Source of the DNA: Mobula hypostoma
Lineage: Eukaryota
Direction: 5' to 3'
Assembly: GCF_963921235.1 (NCBI RefSeq)
Contig: NC_086098.1
Span: forward strand, 5,642,001-5,706,000
Length of the DNA stretch: 64,000 nucleotides
Translations under genes and position numbers: made by a program
Notes under the pieces: generated by a model
What the model was told of the DNA's origin: nothing
The model's input: only the letters and a program-made list of their open reading frames with translations
Database searches by the model: none
Shown here: in pieces, positions 1 to 12,679 of the stretch
Numbering within the stretch: the first letter of the stretch is position 1
Layout: each line of letters begins with the position of its first letter

Positions 1-2576
1 TGAGGGGTTTAGATAGGGTGGAGTTTGTTAGGTGTGTTCAGGAAGGTTTCTTGACACAATATGTAGATAAGCCTAAAAGAGAAGAGGCTGTACTTGATCT
101 TTATTGTGAAATGAAGGCGTCAGGTCTCTCAGTGGGAGAGTATTTTGGAGATAGTGATCACAATTCTATCTCCTTTATCATAGCATTGGAGAGGGATAGG
201 AATAGACAAGTTAGGGAAATGTTTAACTGGAGTAAGAGGAAATATGCAGCTATCAGGCAGTAACTTGGAAGCACAAATTGGAAACAGATGTACTCAGGAA
301 AATGTATTGAAGAAATGTGGCAAATGTTCAGGGTATATTTGCTTGGGGTTCTGCATAGGTACGTTCCAATGAGACAGGGAAAGGATTGTGAGCTATAGGA
401 ACCATGGGGTACAAAGGCTGTTGTAAATCTAGTCGAGAGGAAAAGAAAAGCTTACAAAAGGTGTAAAACACTAGCTAATGATAGAGATCTAGAAGATTAT
501 AAGGCTAGCAGGATGGAGTTTAAGAATGAAATTAGGAGAGCCTGAAGGGCCCATGAGAAGGCCTTGGTGGACAGCATTAAGAAAAACCCCAATGCATTCT
601 AAAGCATGTGAAGAGCAAGAGGATATGATGTGAGAGAATATGACTAATCAAGTGTGACAGTGGAAAAGTGTGTTTGGAACTGGAGGAGATAGCAGAGTTA
701 CTTAATGAATACTTTGCTTCAGTATTCACCATGGAAAAGGATCTTGGCGATTGTAGAGATGACTTGCAGCGGACAGAGAGGTTTGAGCATATAGATATTA
801 AGGAAGAAAATGTGCTGGAGCTTTTGGAAAGCATCAAGTTAGATAAGTTACCAGGACCAGATGGGATGTACCCCAGGCTACTGTGGGGATCGAGGGAGGA
901 GATTGCTGAGCCTCTGGTGATGATCTTTGCATCATCAATGAGGACGGGAGAGCTTCCGGTGGATTGGTGGGTTGCGGATGTTGTTCCCGTATTCAAGAAG
1001 GGGAGTAGAGATAGCCCAGGAAATTATAGGCCAGTGAGTCTTACTTCAGTGGTTGGTAAGTTGATGGAGAAGATCCTGAGAGTCAGGATTTATGAACATT
1101 TGGAGAGGCATAATATGATTAGGAATAGTCAGCATGGCTTTGTCATAGGCAGGTTGTGCCTTACGAGCCTGATTGAATTTTTTGAGGATGTGACTAAACA
1201 CATTGATGAAGGTAGAGCAGTAGATGCACTGTATATGGATTTCAGCATGGCATTTGATAAGGTACTCCATGTGAGGCTTATTGAGAAGGTAAGAAGGCAT
1301 AGGATCCAAGGGAACATTGCTTTGTGGATCCAGAACTAGCTTGCCAACAGAGGGCAAAGAGTGGTTGTAGATGGGTCATATTCTGCATGGAGGTCGGTGA
1401 CCAGTGGTGTGCCTCAGGGATCTGTTCTGGAACTCCTACTCTTCATGATTTTTATAAATGACCTGGATGAGGAAGTGGAGGGACGGGTTAGTAAATTTGC
1501 TGATGACACAAAGGTTGGGGGTGTTGTGGATAGTGTGGAGGGCTGTCAGAGGTTACAGTGGGTCATTGAAAGGATGCAAAACTGGGTTGAGAAGTGGCAG
1601 CTGGAGTTCAACCCAGATAAGCGTGAGGTGGTTCATTTTGCTGGGTCAAATATGATGGCAGAATATTGCATTAATGGCAAGACTCTTTGCAGTGTGGAGG
1701 ATCAGAGGGATCTTGGGGTCAGAGTCCATAGGACACTCAAAGCTGCTATGCAGGTTGACTTCGTGGTGCATTGGCCTTCATCAACCGTGGGATTGAGTTT
1801 AAGAGCAGAGACGGAATGTTGCAGCTATATAGGGCCCTGGTCAGACCCCACTTGGAGTACTGTGGTTGCCTCACTACAGGAAGGACGTGCAAACCATAGA
1901 AAGGGTGCAGAGGAGATTTACCAGGATGTTGCCTGGATTGGGGAGCATGCCTTATGAGAATAGGTTGAGTGAACTCGGCCTTTTCACCTTGGAGTGACGG
2001 AGGATGAGAGGTGACCTGATAGAGGTATACAAAATAATGAGAGGCATTGATCGTGTGGATAGTCAAAGGCTTTTTCCCCAGGGCTGAAATGGGACAGTTT
2101 TAAGGCGTTTGGAAGTAGGAACAGAGGAGATGTCAGGGGTAAGTTTTTTTTCTAAAATGCAGAGAGTAGCGAGTGCGTGGAGTGGGCTGCCAGCGGCGGT
2201 GGTGGAGGCAGAAACAACAGGGTCTTTTAAGACAGTGGTCCCCAACCACCGGGCCGTGTGGAAACGATATGATTTGACGATATGAAACAACATGAGTCAG
2301 CTGCACCTTTCCTCATTCCATCGCACACTGCTGAACTTGAACACCCACACCCCCCCCAACCCCCTGTCAGCCGGTCCGCAAGAATATTTTCAATATTAAA
2401 CTGGTCCGCGGTGCACAAAAGGTTGGGGGCACCTGTTTTAAGAGACTCCTGGATAGGTACGTAGCGCTTAGAAAAATAGAGGGCTATGGTTATGCTTAGG
2501 TAGTTCTAGGGTAAGGACATGTTTAGCACAGCTTTGTGGGCCAAAGGGCCTGTAATGTGCTGTAGGTTTTCTATGT
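1..2576 (+). mobile_element. CR1 LINE, decayed (end of APE endonuclease, RT, 3' UTR)
   Basis: ORF pieces contain GDSDHN, PGPDG, NYRPVSLTS, GVPQGSVL and KFADD, with several stops and frameshifts; tttctatgt-type tail. Confidence 0.93.
2233..2435. mobile_element. hAT-type MITE (203 bp) nested in the CR1 3' end
   Basis: Imperfect TIRs cagtggtccccaacc / ggttgggggcacctg; perfect 8-bp TSD TTTTAAGA at 2225-2232 and 2436-2443. Confidence 0.9.
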
Positions 2577-2579
2577 AGC

Positions 2580-2750
2580 CCTCTCTTGGGAACACACCCC
2601 CCCCCCACAGCCCTCTCTCTCCCTCTTTTCCACTCCACCTGTCTCTTCACTCTCCCTCTCTCTATGTGCTCTCCCTCTCTTTTCCCCTGTCTCTCTCCCC
2701 CTCCCTATTTATCCCCATCTCTCCCCCTCTCTCCTCCTCTCTCCTCTCTG
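2580..2750. repeat. CT-rich low-complexity tract
   Basis: Almost only C/T. Confidence 0.85.
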
Positions 2751-2759
2751 TCGTTTACA

Positions 2760-3405
2760 CGGACTTTCGTAAGGCATTTGACAACCCATAGGGTGGTTGG
2801 TCAGGAAGGTTCAGTCACTCAGTGTTCAAGATGATGTAGTGAATTGGTTTAGACATTGTCTTTGTGGTAGTAGAGGTTTGGCTCTCTGACTGGAGGACTG
2901 TGACTAGTGGTGAGCCGCAGGGATTGGTACTGGGTCTTTTGTTGTTTGTCATCTATATCAATGATTTGGATGATAATGTGGTTAACTGGATTGGCAATTT
3001 GCAGATGACATAAAGATTGGGGGTGAAGTGGACAGCGAGGAGGCTATCATGGCTTGCAGGGGGACCTGCATCAATTGAAAAAATGAACTGAGAAATGGCA
3101 GATGGAATTTAATGCAGACAAGTGGGAGGTTTTCCACTTTGGTAGGACCAACCAGGGTAGGCTTTATACAGTGAATTGTAGGGCACAGAGGAGCGTGATA
3201 TAACAATTGGATCTGCAAATACAGGTCCTTAATTCATCAACAGTGGTGTCACAGTTAGACAGGGTTGTAAAGAAATCTTTTGTCACATTGGCCTTTATAA
3301 ATCCTGGTGTAGACTGGTGGTTGTAGGCGGTTTAGATGGTTTTAGCATGGGCTAGATGGGCTGAAGGGTCTGTTTCTGTGTTGTATTTCTTTATGACTAT
3401 GACTC
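2760..3405 (+). mobile_element. Old CR1 RT fragment with internal deletions
   Basis: Degenerate sequence around tttgcagatgaca (FADD); ctatga tail. Confidence 0.8.
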
Positions 3406-4182
3406 TTCCCCTCTCTCCCACCCTCCCTCCTCTCTCTGTCTCTGTGGTCAATGTGGTTAAGCGCGTTTAAGTAGGCACCCCCTTCCTCTTTCACGATCCC
3501 CTCAGACCCACCCTGAATTTGAAAGGCACCAACAATCAGGAAAAAGAAACACTTTTTGCAGCGTGCTTGCTCGATGGGACGAAGTCATTGGCTGCCGTTT
3601 GAAAGCGATCATACAGGTGGCACAGATAGTCACATGACCAGGCCGTCAATCTCTCCTATGTTCCACTAGTGAGATTTACGAGCCTTGGGAAAGCCGTGCT
3701 GAAGACAATAAATTTGAAGATCAGTGAAATTCAATTTAAGAAGACCTAATTAATGTCTCATAAGAATGTTAATTGCTGTGATGGAAACCCCTCCTCCCCA
3801 CTCCCCTGAATGAATTAAGGTTTCAACTCACACACTTTGAAACATGCTTCTGTTAATCCCAACAGTTAGAGCCAGGATGCTATCAAAGACTGGTATCAAT
3901 AATTTTAATTAACTGCCCACCTCCATTATTGTTGGAGGTTGAAACACTCCACAAATGGGAATTCCTCCTCATTTATGCTATTTTGAGATACAATGTGGAA
4001 CAGGCACTTCTGGCCCCACGAACCACACCTCGAACAACCCTCCCATTGAACCCTCGCCTCTATTCTCTGCTTCAGAAGTGCATGACTGTGGATGGCTCAC
4101 ATTCCTATTGTCAAGTCGGATTTCTTTTTCTTCTTTGAACATGTGCATCTTCCCCACTTGAAAGAGATTGAATGCGTCTGCT

Positions 4183-4797
4183 TGAAGGTTTTTTAACTAG
4201 ATTCCACTCAATGACCAAACAACTTTCCCTTTTTCCTCCTTTTATTTTTCACAAGTGCGGCAGTTTGATAGTTCCATTAGTTCTATCAACCATTTGATAT
4301 TAGACATTAGACACTAGGCATAAGTTATTAGTCACTAGTCATAAGGTGAAAAAACTGGCTACCTCTCTGGACTTCGTAGACAGATTTAGACTTGCACAAT
4401 CTCTGCTACTTAATAGACTATTATGTTTTCAAACCGGGCACCCTTCCCGAAGTTTCCCGAGTTCTTCTTAAACCTCGCACCATTTCCCAGAAGCGCCTGC
4501 ATGCGCTTCCCCATGACATGAAGCTAGTGCTAACCCAAATCACAGTGACAGCAGTGCTCTTTTTCATGAAACAGTCTCTCAAGTTATGTAAAGTTCAACA
4601 TCTTACCGCAGATTCCGACACTGCTCCCGGACTGCCGCTGAGATGCTGCCGGGTCCTCCCGATGTTCCAGGCAGAAGCAGCGCTCAGGCAGTGAGTTCCA
4701 TCCAGCCTATCAGTGGAATCTTGCTACTGCTTTAAAATGTTATTTTCTTTTGCCTCTAGGTCCCAATACCTTCTAGAAACTCTAGTTTGACTTGACA
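4183..4797 (-). repeat. Putative BEL 3' LTR
   Basis: Begins TGTC right after the PPT, has AATAAA on the minus strand near 4245, and ends ...CCTTCA; outer boundary uncertain. Confidence 0.55.
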
Positions 4798-6616
4798 CCT
4801 CCCACTTGATCTTCCCATGGAACCACTGGGGAGATCGCCAGCTTCAAAGGCAAACTTGGTGGTCCCAGTTCGGTGTTCTTACAATGTATTGTTGACTTGA
4901 TTTTCCATCTGTTCCTCAGCAGGTAGTAAGACAAGCAGCCGCCTGACGTCTCTGTGAAGGATGGTGGCTTGGATCCTGTCTTTTCTCCCCATCAGAGATT
5001 GGACGCCCTGTTGTTACTTTCAGAGCTTTTGTCAGAGGAACACTGTAGCTTGGGAAGATCCTGACGTTGACTTCCCTCATGATGCCCTTGCTGTCTGGAT
5101 TAGTATAGATGATTCTGCCAAGCGTGAAATGTCCTCTCTGTGCATTTTGCTCGCTTAACCAGATGATGTCCCCAACAGTGACGTTTCTCTCTGCAGTATG
5201 CCACTTGCTCCTGACAAACAAATTAGGACCAGCAAGTTGGCTCCAGCAGCACCAGAACTTGGTCACCTCTGACTGCAGACTGCATTGCTCGGAGTCTTTT
5301 GTAGGGGTAGCTGGAAAAGTCAAAGGTTTTGAAATCCCCGCTTTGAGATGCTCGACCGAGAATAAGAGTGTTGGCTGTGACATACTGAATACAGTCTTCC
5401 TGGCTCTGTACCCTGGCGTCAATTGGGCGCTCATTGGCAAGGTTGGCTGCTATGTGAAGAGTTGTCTGGAACTCGCTGTAACTGAGCCCAGACTCCTTCC
5501 CAAGACTCTGGAGTGCTCTCTTTACAATGCGTACAGGGGCTTCTGCAGCACCATTCCTGTGTGGAGAATCAGGCGGATGGATTTTCCACATCCACTCCGT
5601 TCCATTTTTTTGCAATGAACTTCTTTGCTGCTCTCCAGATCCATGCAACTGTTTTGACTAGTGGAGTTAGAACACTGAACCACTTGGTGTCCACAAGGCT
5701 TCGGATGGCTGATGCTTCAGGCAGTCTCCATTGTTCTGTTTTGACCTGGTACTGTTTTTGTGCTGGTTCTTGTTTCTTTGTCTTGGCCCTTGTCAAAGCA
5801 GCAACAAATGCCTTGTTTTGCAACTTGTTGATGCTTTCCCTGGCAGTGGCTGCTAGTACTTTGGCTGCTTTCGTCGGCCACTCATTCACTGGCAAACTCA
5901 AAAACTTTGGCCCATTTTGCCACTCTGAGTCTTCATCTGGGTCTTGAGGGCTGGCTCCTCTGGTGATTACATCAGCAATATCTTGCAGACCAGGAATCCA
6001 CCGCCAGTCCTGGATCCCTGTGCTGTTTTGAATCTCCCCGATCCTATTTGCAAAGAATGTTTGATAGCCATAGCTTTCTCGCTGTACTGCACCAAGGACT
6101 GTTTGGCTATCAATGAAATGGTACCACCTCCCAACTTGGATTCAGCTATGCAGCTCAAAGTACTTCCTCAGGCGTGAGGCAAACACTGCTCCACACATCT
6201 CTGCTTTGACAGCATCACCTTTGCGATCCAAGGGAGTTAATTTGGCTTTAGATTCCACCAGCCTGACGATTGAGCCCTGGTCCAAGTTCCACCTTAGGTA
6301 CATCGCTGCTTGCTTCCATCAGAGAACGTGATTGTCCAGCGTTCCTCAGTGAAGCATGGGGGAGTCAGTGCCCTGGTGAACTTTACCTTGCCAAGTTGAA
6401 CGTACTCCTCGAAGAGCTTAATTGCATCCTCCCTGAGGCCATCTGAGAGCGCCATGTCCCACGTGTCTTTGACTGGACACCTTTCGCCCTTTGCCTCTTG
6501 GAACGCCCTTCATACCAGAATAGCTCCCTTTTGCTTAGCAGGAGTTACCAGGCCAACTGGGTCATACAGCCCTGATACTTGGCTGAGCAGTTCTCTTCAT
6601 GTCGGGGGTTTGGCAA
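4183..6616 (-). mobile_element. BEL/Pao LTR retrotransposon, 3' portion (RNase H region, partly deleted integrase, DUF5641-like C-terminus, 3' LTR)
   Basis: Minus-strand ORFs contain PHRNGAAEAPVRIVKRAL, ANLANERPI and KFWCCWSQLAGPNLFVRSKWH...VGDIIWL; purine tract gggagg precedes TGTCAAG at 4797. Confidence 0.88.
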
Positions 6617-8563
6617 TGGATTCAATGTCCCATTGACAATGGATTCAATGTCCCATTGTGCTGCACCCACGAGAGAGTGAGCAGGGAGGTTGACATTGGG
6701 GACCTCAGGGGTCTCAGAGGAAGGAAATCTTTGTGAAAGTGCATCAGGTTTTCCATTCTTGGAACCGGGGCGGAAGGACAGAGTAAAATTGAATCTTGAG
6801 AAAAACAGGGACCAACGAGCTTGACGTGAGTTGAGATGCTTGGCTGTACGGATGTATTCCAGATTCTTGTGATCAGTCCAGACAAGAATGGCTCCTTTGC
6901 TCCCTCCAGCCAATGCCTCCACTACTCCAGAGCGAGCTTCACAGCCAGCAGCTCCCGGTTTCTGACATTGTAATTCTGTTCCGTGACAGTGAGGCGGTGA
7001 GAGAAGAAGGCGCAGGGTGTACCTTCTCATCCTTGGCCGAGCGCTGAGAGAGAACAGCTCCTTCACCAATGTCAGACGCATCCACCTCCACAACGAACTG
7101 CCAGTCGGTGTTGGGTTGAATCAGGATGGGGACAGAGATGAAACATTCCTTCAGGTCAGAGAATGCTTTTTCAGCAGCAGGGGACCAGGAGAATCTGACA
7201 ACAGATGAGGTAAGAGCAGTGAGTGGCATAGCCAGTCTACTGTAATTTCTGATGTAGTGGTGATAGAAGTTAGCAAAGCCTGAGAAGTGTTACAGATCCT
7301 GATGAGTAGAAGGTTGGGCTATTCGACCATCTCCTTGACCTTCTGTTGGTCCATCTGAATGGAACCGCCTGAAATTACATACCCCAGGAAGGAGACGGTA
7401 TTGCGATGAAACTCACATTTCTCAGCCTTCACGAAGAGCTGGTTCTCGAGAACTCTGCAGACATAACCTCTGTGTTCAGCAAGGGACTTAGAAAAATTAA
7501 TATCAAAATGTGGTCGAGATACACAAAAACAAATTGGTTCGACATGTCCCTGAGAACAATTTACCAGGGCTTGGAAGATGGCGGGGACATTGGTGAAACC
7601 GAATGGCATGACCAGATACTCGTAATGGCCTGAGGTGGTATTGAAGGCCGTCTTCCACTCCTCCCCTTCGCAGATGCAGACAAGATGGTAGGCATGACGG
7701 AGATCAAGCTTGGTGAAAACTGAGGCTCCCTGCAGTGGTTCAAATGCCGAGGTCGTGAGCGGAAGAGGCTAACAGTTCTTAACAGTGACTTCAATCAGTC
7801 CCCGGTAATCAGTGCATGGACGGAAGGAGCCGTCCTTCTTTTCAACAAAGGTAAAACCGGCACCAGCCGTGGAGGAAGATGGCCGGATAATGCCTGCAGT
7901 CAGAGACTTTTGAACGTACTTACTCACTGCTTCTGTTCTAGGTACGGACAGGAAACACAGCCGGCCCCTTGGGGGAGATGTGCCAGGCAAAAGGTCAATG
8001 GTACAATCATATGGACGATGAGACAGTAGGGAAGTGGCCTGGGACTTGCTAAACACAGAATTGAGGTCACTAAGGTCCGGAAATTCCTCTGGGGGGCGGG
8101 GGGGGGTCTGGGCTTGGAGACAAGGGGATCTGAGCATAGCAGAAGCTGTGGAAGTGACAGAATGGGCTCCAGACTACAACCTTACGACTGAGCCAGTCAA
8201 TGTGGGGATTGTGTTTAACTAACCAGGGATGGCCAGGACAATGGGAGCTTGAGGAGAGTCAATAACGTAAAGGGTTAACTGTTCATGATGGTTGCCTGAT
8301 AAACTGAGACTCACCGAGGCCATGACATGCGTGATGTTAGCCAGTCTCTGACTGTTCAAGGCATTGGCCATTAATGGTGACTGGAGAGCAGACGTGGGTA
8401 GTCCCCACTGGGCAGCCAAGCCAGAATTGATAAAATACCCCTCCGCAACGGAATCGACCAAGACGGAGACTGCTCGCCGTTGGACACTCCATTCCAGAGA
8501 AGCAGGTATGAGAGTGAGTGGCGTCAAGGAGGGCCGGACAGGGGTCACGCTTACCAGTACTCC

Positions 8564-9559
8564 TCATCCTACTGGTGAGCGCTTGGCTTTTGTTGGGCAG
8601 GTGGAGATGAAGTGGTCTGGTTGGCCACAGTACAGACGGGAGTGGGTGCTGATTCTCCTTTGTCTTTCAGTCGGCATCAGGCAGGTACAGTCAACCTTCA
8701 TATCTTCAGGCTCTGGAAAGGGAGTTGTAGACGGGGGCAAATGGCAGGGTGATGTAGACTGACAAGGAGCTTGGAACTCACCCAGTGTCCCCAGGGACCC
8801 TCTGGAACCTCTCCCTCTGTGGCGCTGCTGAAGGCGAACATCAATACAGATGGCCAAATCCACCAGGGCTTCAAAGGTGGCAGGAAGGTCCTGGGTGACC
8901 AGCTTATCTTTGATGTCGGAGAGGCCATTCAAGAAGGTGTCATACTGTGCCTCCGAGTTCCAGCCACTGGAGCTGGCTAGGGTCCGGCACTCTATGGCAT
9001 AATCTGATACAGATCTGCGTCCCTGGCACATGTGCAGTATTTCACTGACAGCCTCTCTCCCACGTTTGAAGCGATCAAACACTTTTCTCATCTCCTCAGA
9101 AAATAACTGAAAACTGATGCAGAAAGAGGAGCCTGCCTCCCAGACAGCTGTTCCCCATTCTCTCGTCCGACCAGACAGTTGAATGAAGACGTAGGCCACC
9201 TTGGCTCGAGCAGTCGGAAAGGTTGTTGGTTGTAATTCAAAGATGAGGGTGCACTGGGAAAGAAAAGAGCGGCAGGTACCGGGCTCACCTGAGTACTTTT
9301 CTGGAGGAGGCAGATGGGGCTCTTGGACAGGAGGAGTAGGCGAGAACGCGAAGGGCAAGACGGAAGATGCAGTCGCAGAATGTTGATGGGTGCTCTGGGA
9401 CAGCTGGATTGCCTGAGTCTGGGCCACAAGATTGGCTACATTGGCAGAAAGCGACTCCACTGCCTTGAACATGGAGTCCAGCTGGTTCTGGTGTCTCCCC
9501 AGCATCACTCCCTGTTGTTCCAGGACAGCTCTCAGATGATTGGGGTCTGCTGGATCCAT
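8564..9559 (-). pseudogene. Gypsy gag ORF (331 aa; sushi/PEG10-like capsid, degenerate CCHC knuckle)
   Basis: PPEKYSGEPGTCRSFLSQC and SVSDYAIECRTLA; RLYCGQPDHFISTC has the first Cys replaced by Arg. Confidence 0.88.
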
Positions 9560-9876
9560 TCTGGCCAGATTGTACTGTCAGGACGCTGGAGCAGGGATCC
9601 AATCGCAGACCCAGTACTGTGAACACAGTGATATTTACTGAGCAGTAAATCCCGAGGTGTAATCAAAGTCGGTGTCAAAGTTCAGGCACAGATCAAAACA
9701 TCCAGAGAAATCAAAAAACCAGAATCGGGAAACAGGCGGAGTCGATATTTGGGCAGGCAGAGTTCAGATTCGAATGCTGGAAAGGCTCAGGAAAACTCAC
9801 TGGCATAATCTGACAACAAACAGGTGAAGACACCAGACTGAAATACACTGAGAATAAACAGAGAGGCAGATGATAG

Positions 9877-12238
9877 GTGGAGCACATTGAGACAGAAGAG
9901 TCAGTGTGGATAGAACTGAGGAACAGTAAGGGCAAAAAGACCCTAATAGGTGTTATCTACAGGCCCCTAAACAGTAGCATGGATATTGGGTGCAAGTTGA
10001 ATAGGGAGTTAACAATGGCATGTGGCAAAGGAAATGTCACAGTAGTTATGGGGGATTTCAACATGCAGGTGAACTGGGAAAATCAGGTTGGTACTGGACC
10101 CCAGGATAGGGAGTTTGTAGAGTGCCTATGGGATGCATTTTTGGAGCAGCTTGTACGAGAGCCAACCAGGGATAAGGCTATTCTGGATTTAGTGTTGTGC
10201 AATGAACAGGATTTGATAAGTGATCTTGAAGTAAAGGAGCCATTAGGAGGTAGTGACCATAATATGATAAGATTTTATCTGCAAGTTGAGAGGGATAAGG
10301 GCAGATCAGAAGTGTCAGTATTGCAGTTCAACAAAGGATACTATGGAGCCATGAGGGAGGAGCTGGCCAAAGTTGACTGGTCGGATATCCTAGCAGAAAA
10401 GACAGTGGAACAGCAATGGAAGGTATTCTTGGGAATAATGCACAAGGTGCAAAATCAGTTCATCCCCCAGAGAAGGAAGGATTCAAAGGGGGGAAAGTGG
10501 CCACAGTGGTTGACAAAGGAAGTCAGAGATAGTATAGCATTAAAAAAGAAGTATAACAGAGTTAAGGTGAGTGGGAAGACGGATGATTGGGAAATTTTTA
10601 AGGAGCAAATTTTTAGGAAGGAAACGGTGATGAGTAGACTGATGGGACTGAAGGCTAACAAATCCCCAGGTCCAGATGGTCTGCATCCTAGGGTACTAAA
10701 GGAGGTGGCTCTGGAAATTGCGGATGCATTGGTGATCGTTTTCCAATGTTCCTCAGATTCATGATCAGTTCCTGAGGATTGGCGAATGGATAATGTTATC
10801 CCACTTTTTTAGAAAGGAGGGAGGAAGAAAACAGAGAACTATCGCCCTGTTAGCCTAACATCAGTAGTGGGGAAGATGCTAGAGTCCATTATTAAAGATG
10901 AAATAGCGGCATATCTTGATAGCAGTGATAGGATTGGGCCGAGCCAGCATGGATTTACCAAGGGAAAATCATGCTTGACTATTCTATTGTTTTTTGAAGA
11001 TGTAACCAGGAAGATAGACGCGGGAGATCCAGTGGATGTGGTGTATCTTGACTTTCAGAAGGCACTTGATAAGGTACCACATAGGAGATTGGTGGGTAAA
11101 ATCAGAGCTCATGGCATTGGGGGGAGGATATTGACATGGATAGTAAACTGGTTGGCAGATAGAAAGCAAAGGGTAGCAATGAATGGGTGTTTCTTGGAAT
11201 GGCAGGTGGTGACCAGTGGGGTGCCACAGGGCTCGGTATTGGGACCTCAGCTGTTTATGATTTACGTCAATGATTTAGAGGAAGGCATTGTGAATAACAT
11301 CAGCAAGTTTGCTGATGATACTAAGCTGGGTGGCAGTATTACATGTGATGAGGATGTTAGGAGAATTCAAGGTGACTTGGATAGGCTGGGTGAGTGGGCA
11401 GAAACTTGGCAGATGGCGTTTAATGTGAATAAGTGTGAGGTAATTCACTTTGGGAGCAAGAACAGGAAGGCAGATTATTATCTGAACAGTGTGGAGTTAG
11501 GTAAGGGAGAAATACAAAGAGATCTAGGAGTACTTGTTCATCAGTCTGTGAAGGTGAATGAGCAAGTGCAGCAGGCAGTGAAGAAGGCTAATGGAATGTT
11601 GGCCTTTATTACAAAGGGAATTGAGTACAAGAGCAAGGAAATCCTTTTGCATTTGTACAGGGCCCTGGTGAGACCACAGCTGGAGTATTGTGTGCAGTTT
11701 TGGTCTCCAGGGTTAAGGAAGGACATCCTGGCTGTGGAGGAGGTGCAGCGTAGGTTCACTAGGTTAATTCCTGGGATGTCCGGAGTGTCTTACACAGAGA
11801 GGTTAGAGAGAATGGGCTTGTACACGCTGGAATTAAGGAGATTGAGGGGGGATCTGATTGAGACGTATAAGATTATTAAAGGATTGGATAATATAGAGGC
11901 AGGAAATATGTTCTAGATGCTGGGAGAGTCCAGTACTAGAGGGCATGGTTTAAAAATAAGGGGTAGGTCATTTAGGACAGAGTTGAGGAGGAACTTCTTC
12001 TCCCAGAGAGTTGTGGAGGTGTGGAACGTGCTGCCTCAGAGGGCAGTGGAAGCTAATTCTCTGGATGCTTTCAAGAAGGAGCCAGATAGGTATCTTATGG
12101 ATAGGGGAATCAAGGGTTATGGGGACAAGGCAGGAACCGGGTATTGATAGTAGATGATCAGCCATGATCTCAGAATGGCGGTGCAGGCTCGAAGGGCCGA
12201 ATGGTCTACTTCTGCACCTATTGTCTATTGTCTATTGT
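9877..12238 (+). mobile_element. CR1 LINE (5'-truncated, APE + RT) inserted in the Gypsy 5' LTR
   Basis: ORFs 9877-10764 (VMGDFN, GGSDHN) and 10867-11916 (GVPQGS, KFADD); (ctattgt)n tail. Confidence 0.93.
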
Positions 12239-12351
12239 CAGTACAGGTAATAACGAGAAACAGGTGAGAGGCGGAGTACTCAGTAATACAGGGGACAGAG
12301 TAGAGCAGGAGCGGGGACAGGAGCACATGGGGCATGAAAACAAACAAGAGT

Positions 12352-12507
12352 ACATCTTGTTATTTCCATCTAGCATAGTTGCATATTGTTGTTTGATTGT
12401 TTGTGGTTTTCGTATTGCTATATTTATGCTCTATTCTTGGTTGGTGTAGCTGTAACGAAACTCAATTTCCCTCGGGATCAATAAAGTATATCTATCTGTC
12501 TATCTAT
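12352..12507 (+). mobile_element. Rex1-type LINE 3' tail in the Gypsy LTR
   Basis: gggatcaataaagta followed by (tcta)n; similar to 31230-31385; acat on both sides. Confidence 0.65.
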
Positions 12508-12679
12508 CACATGGCAATACAAAACCACAGACTGATGGCTAGAGGGAAACACACAAAAAGACAAAGTTCAACTGGAGGTACTCACAAAAACTGGTATAGC
12601 TGGCATTTTACACTGGATGTCTCATGCTTTCTTGACCTTGAAGGGTCTTGACACAAAGAGTTAACAGTCCATTTCTCTC

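Larger units (their letters stand above)
6614..12586 (-). mobile_element. Sushi-type Ty3/Gypsy retrotransposon, 5' portion (interrupted 5' LTR, gag, protease, RT, RNase H; integrase missing)
   Basis: Gag 8564-9559; protease [28 protein letters not shown] and MPFGFTNVPA; RNase H VEVDASD and VWTDHKNLEY. Confidence 0.93.

Noticed and set aside
577..996. Ser-rich antisense ORFs here and at 28119-28517, 59755-60693 and elsewhere
   Set aside because: They are antisense shadows of CR1/Rex1 ORF2 with no independent coding evidence
8564..9559. Domesticated PEG10/RTL1-like gene
   Set aside because: It lies inside an LTR element with decayed pol and a mutated zinc knuckle; nothing visible indicates domestication
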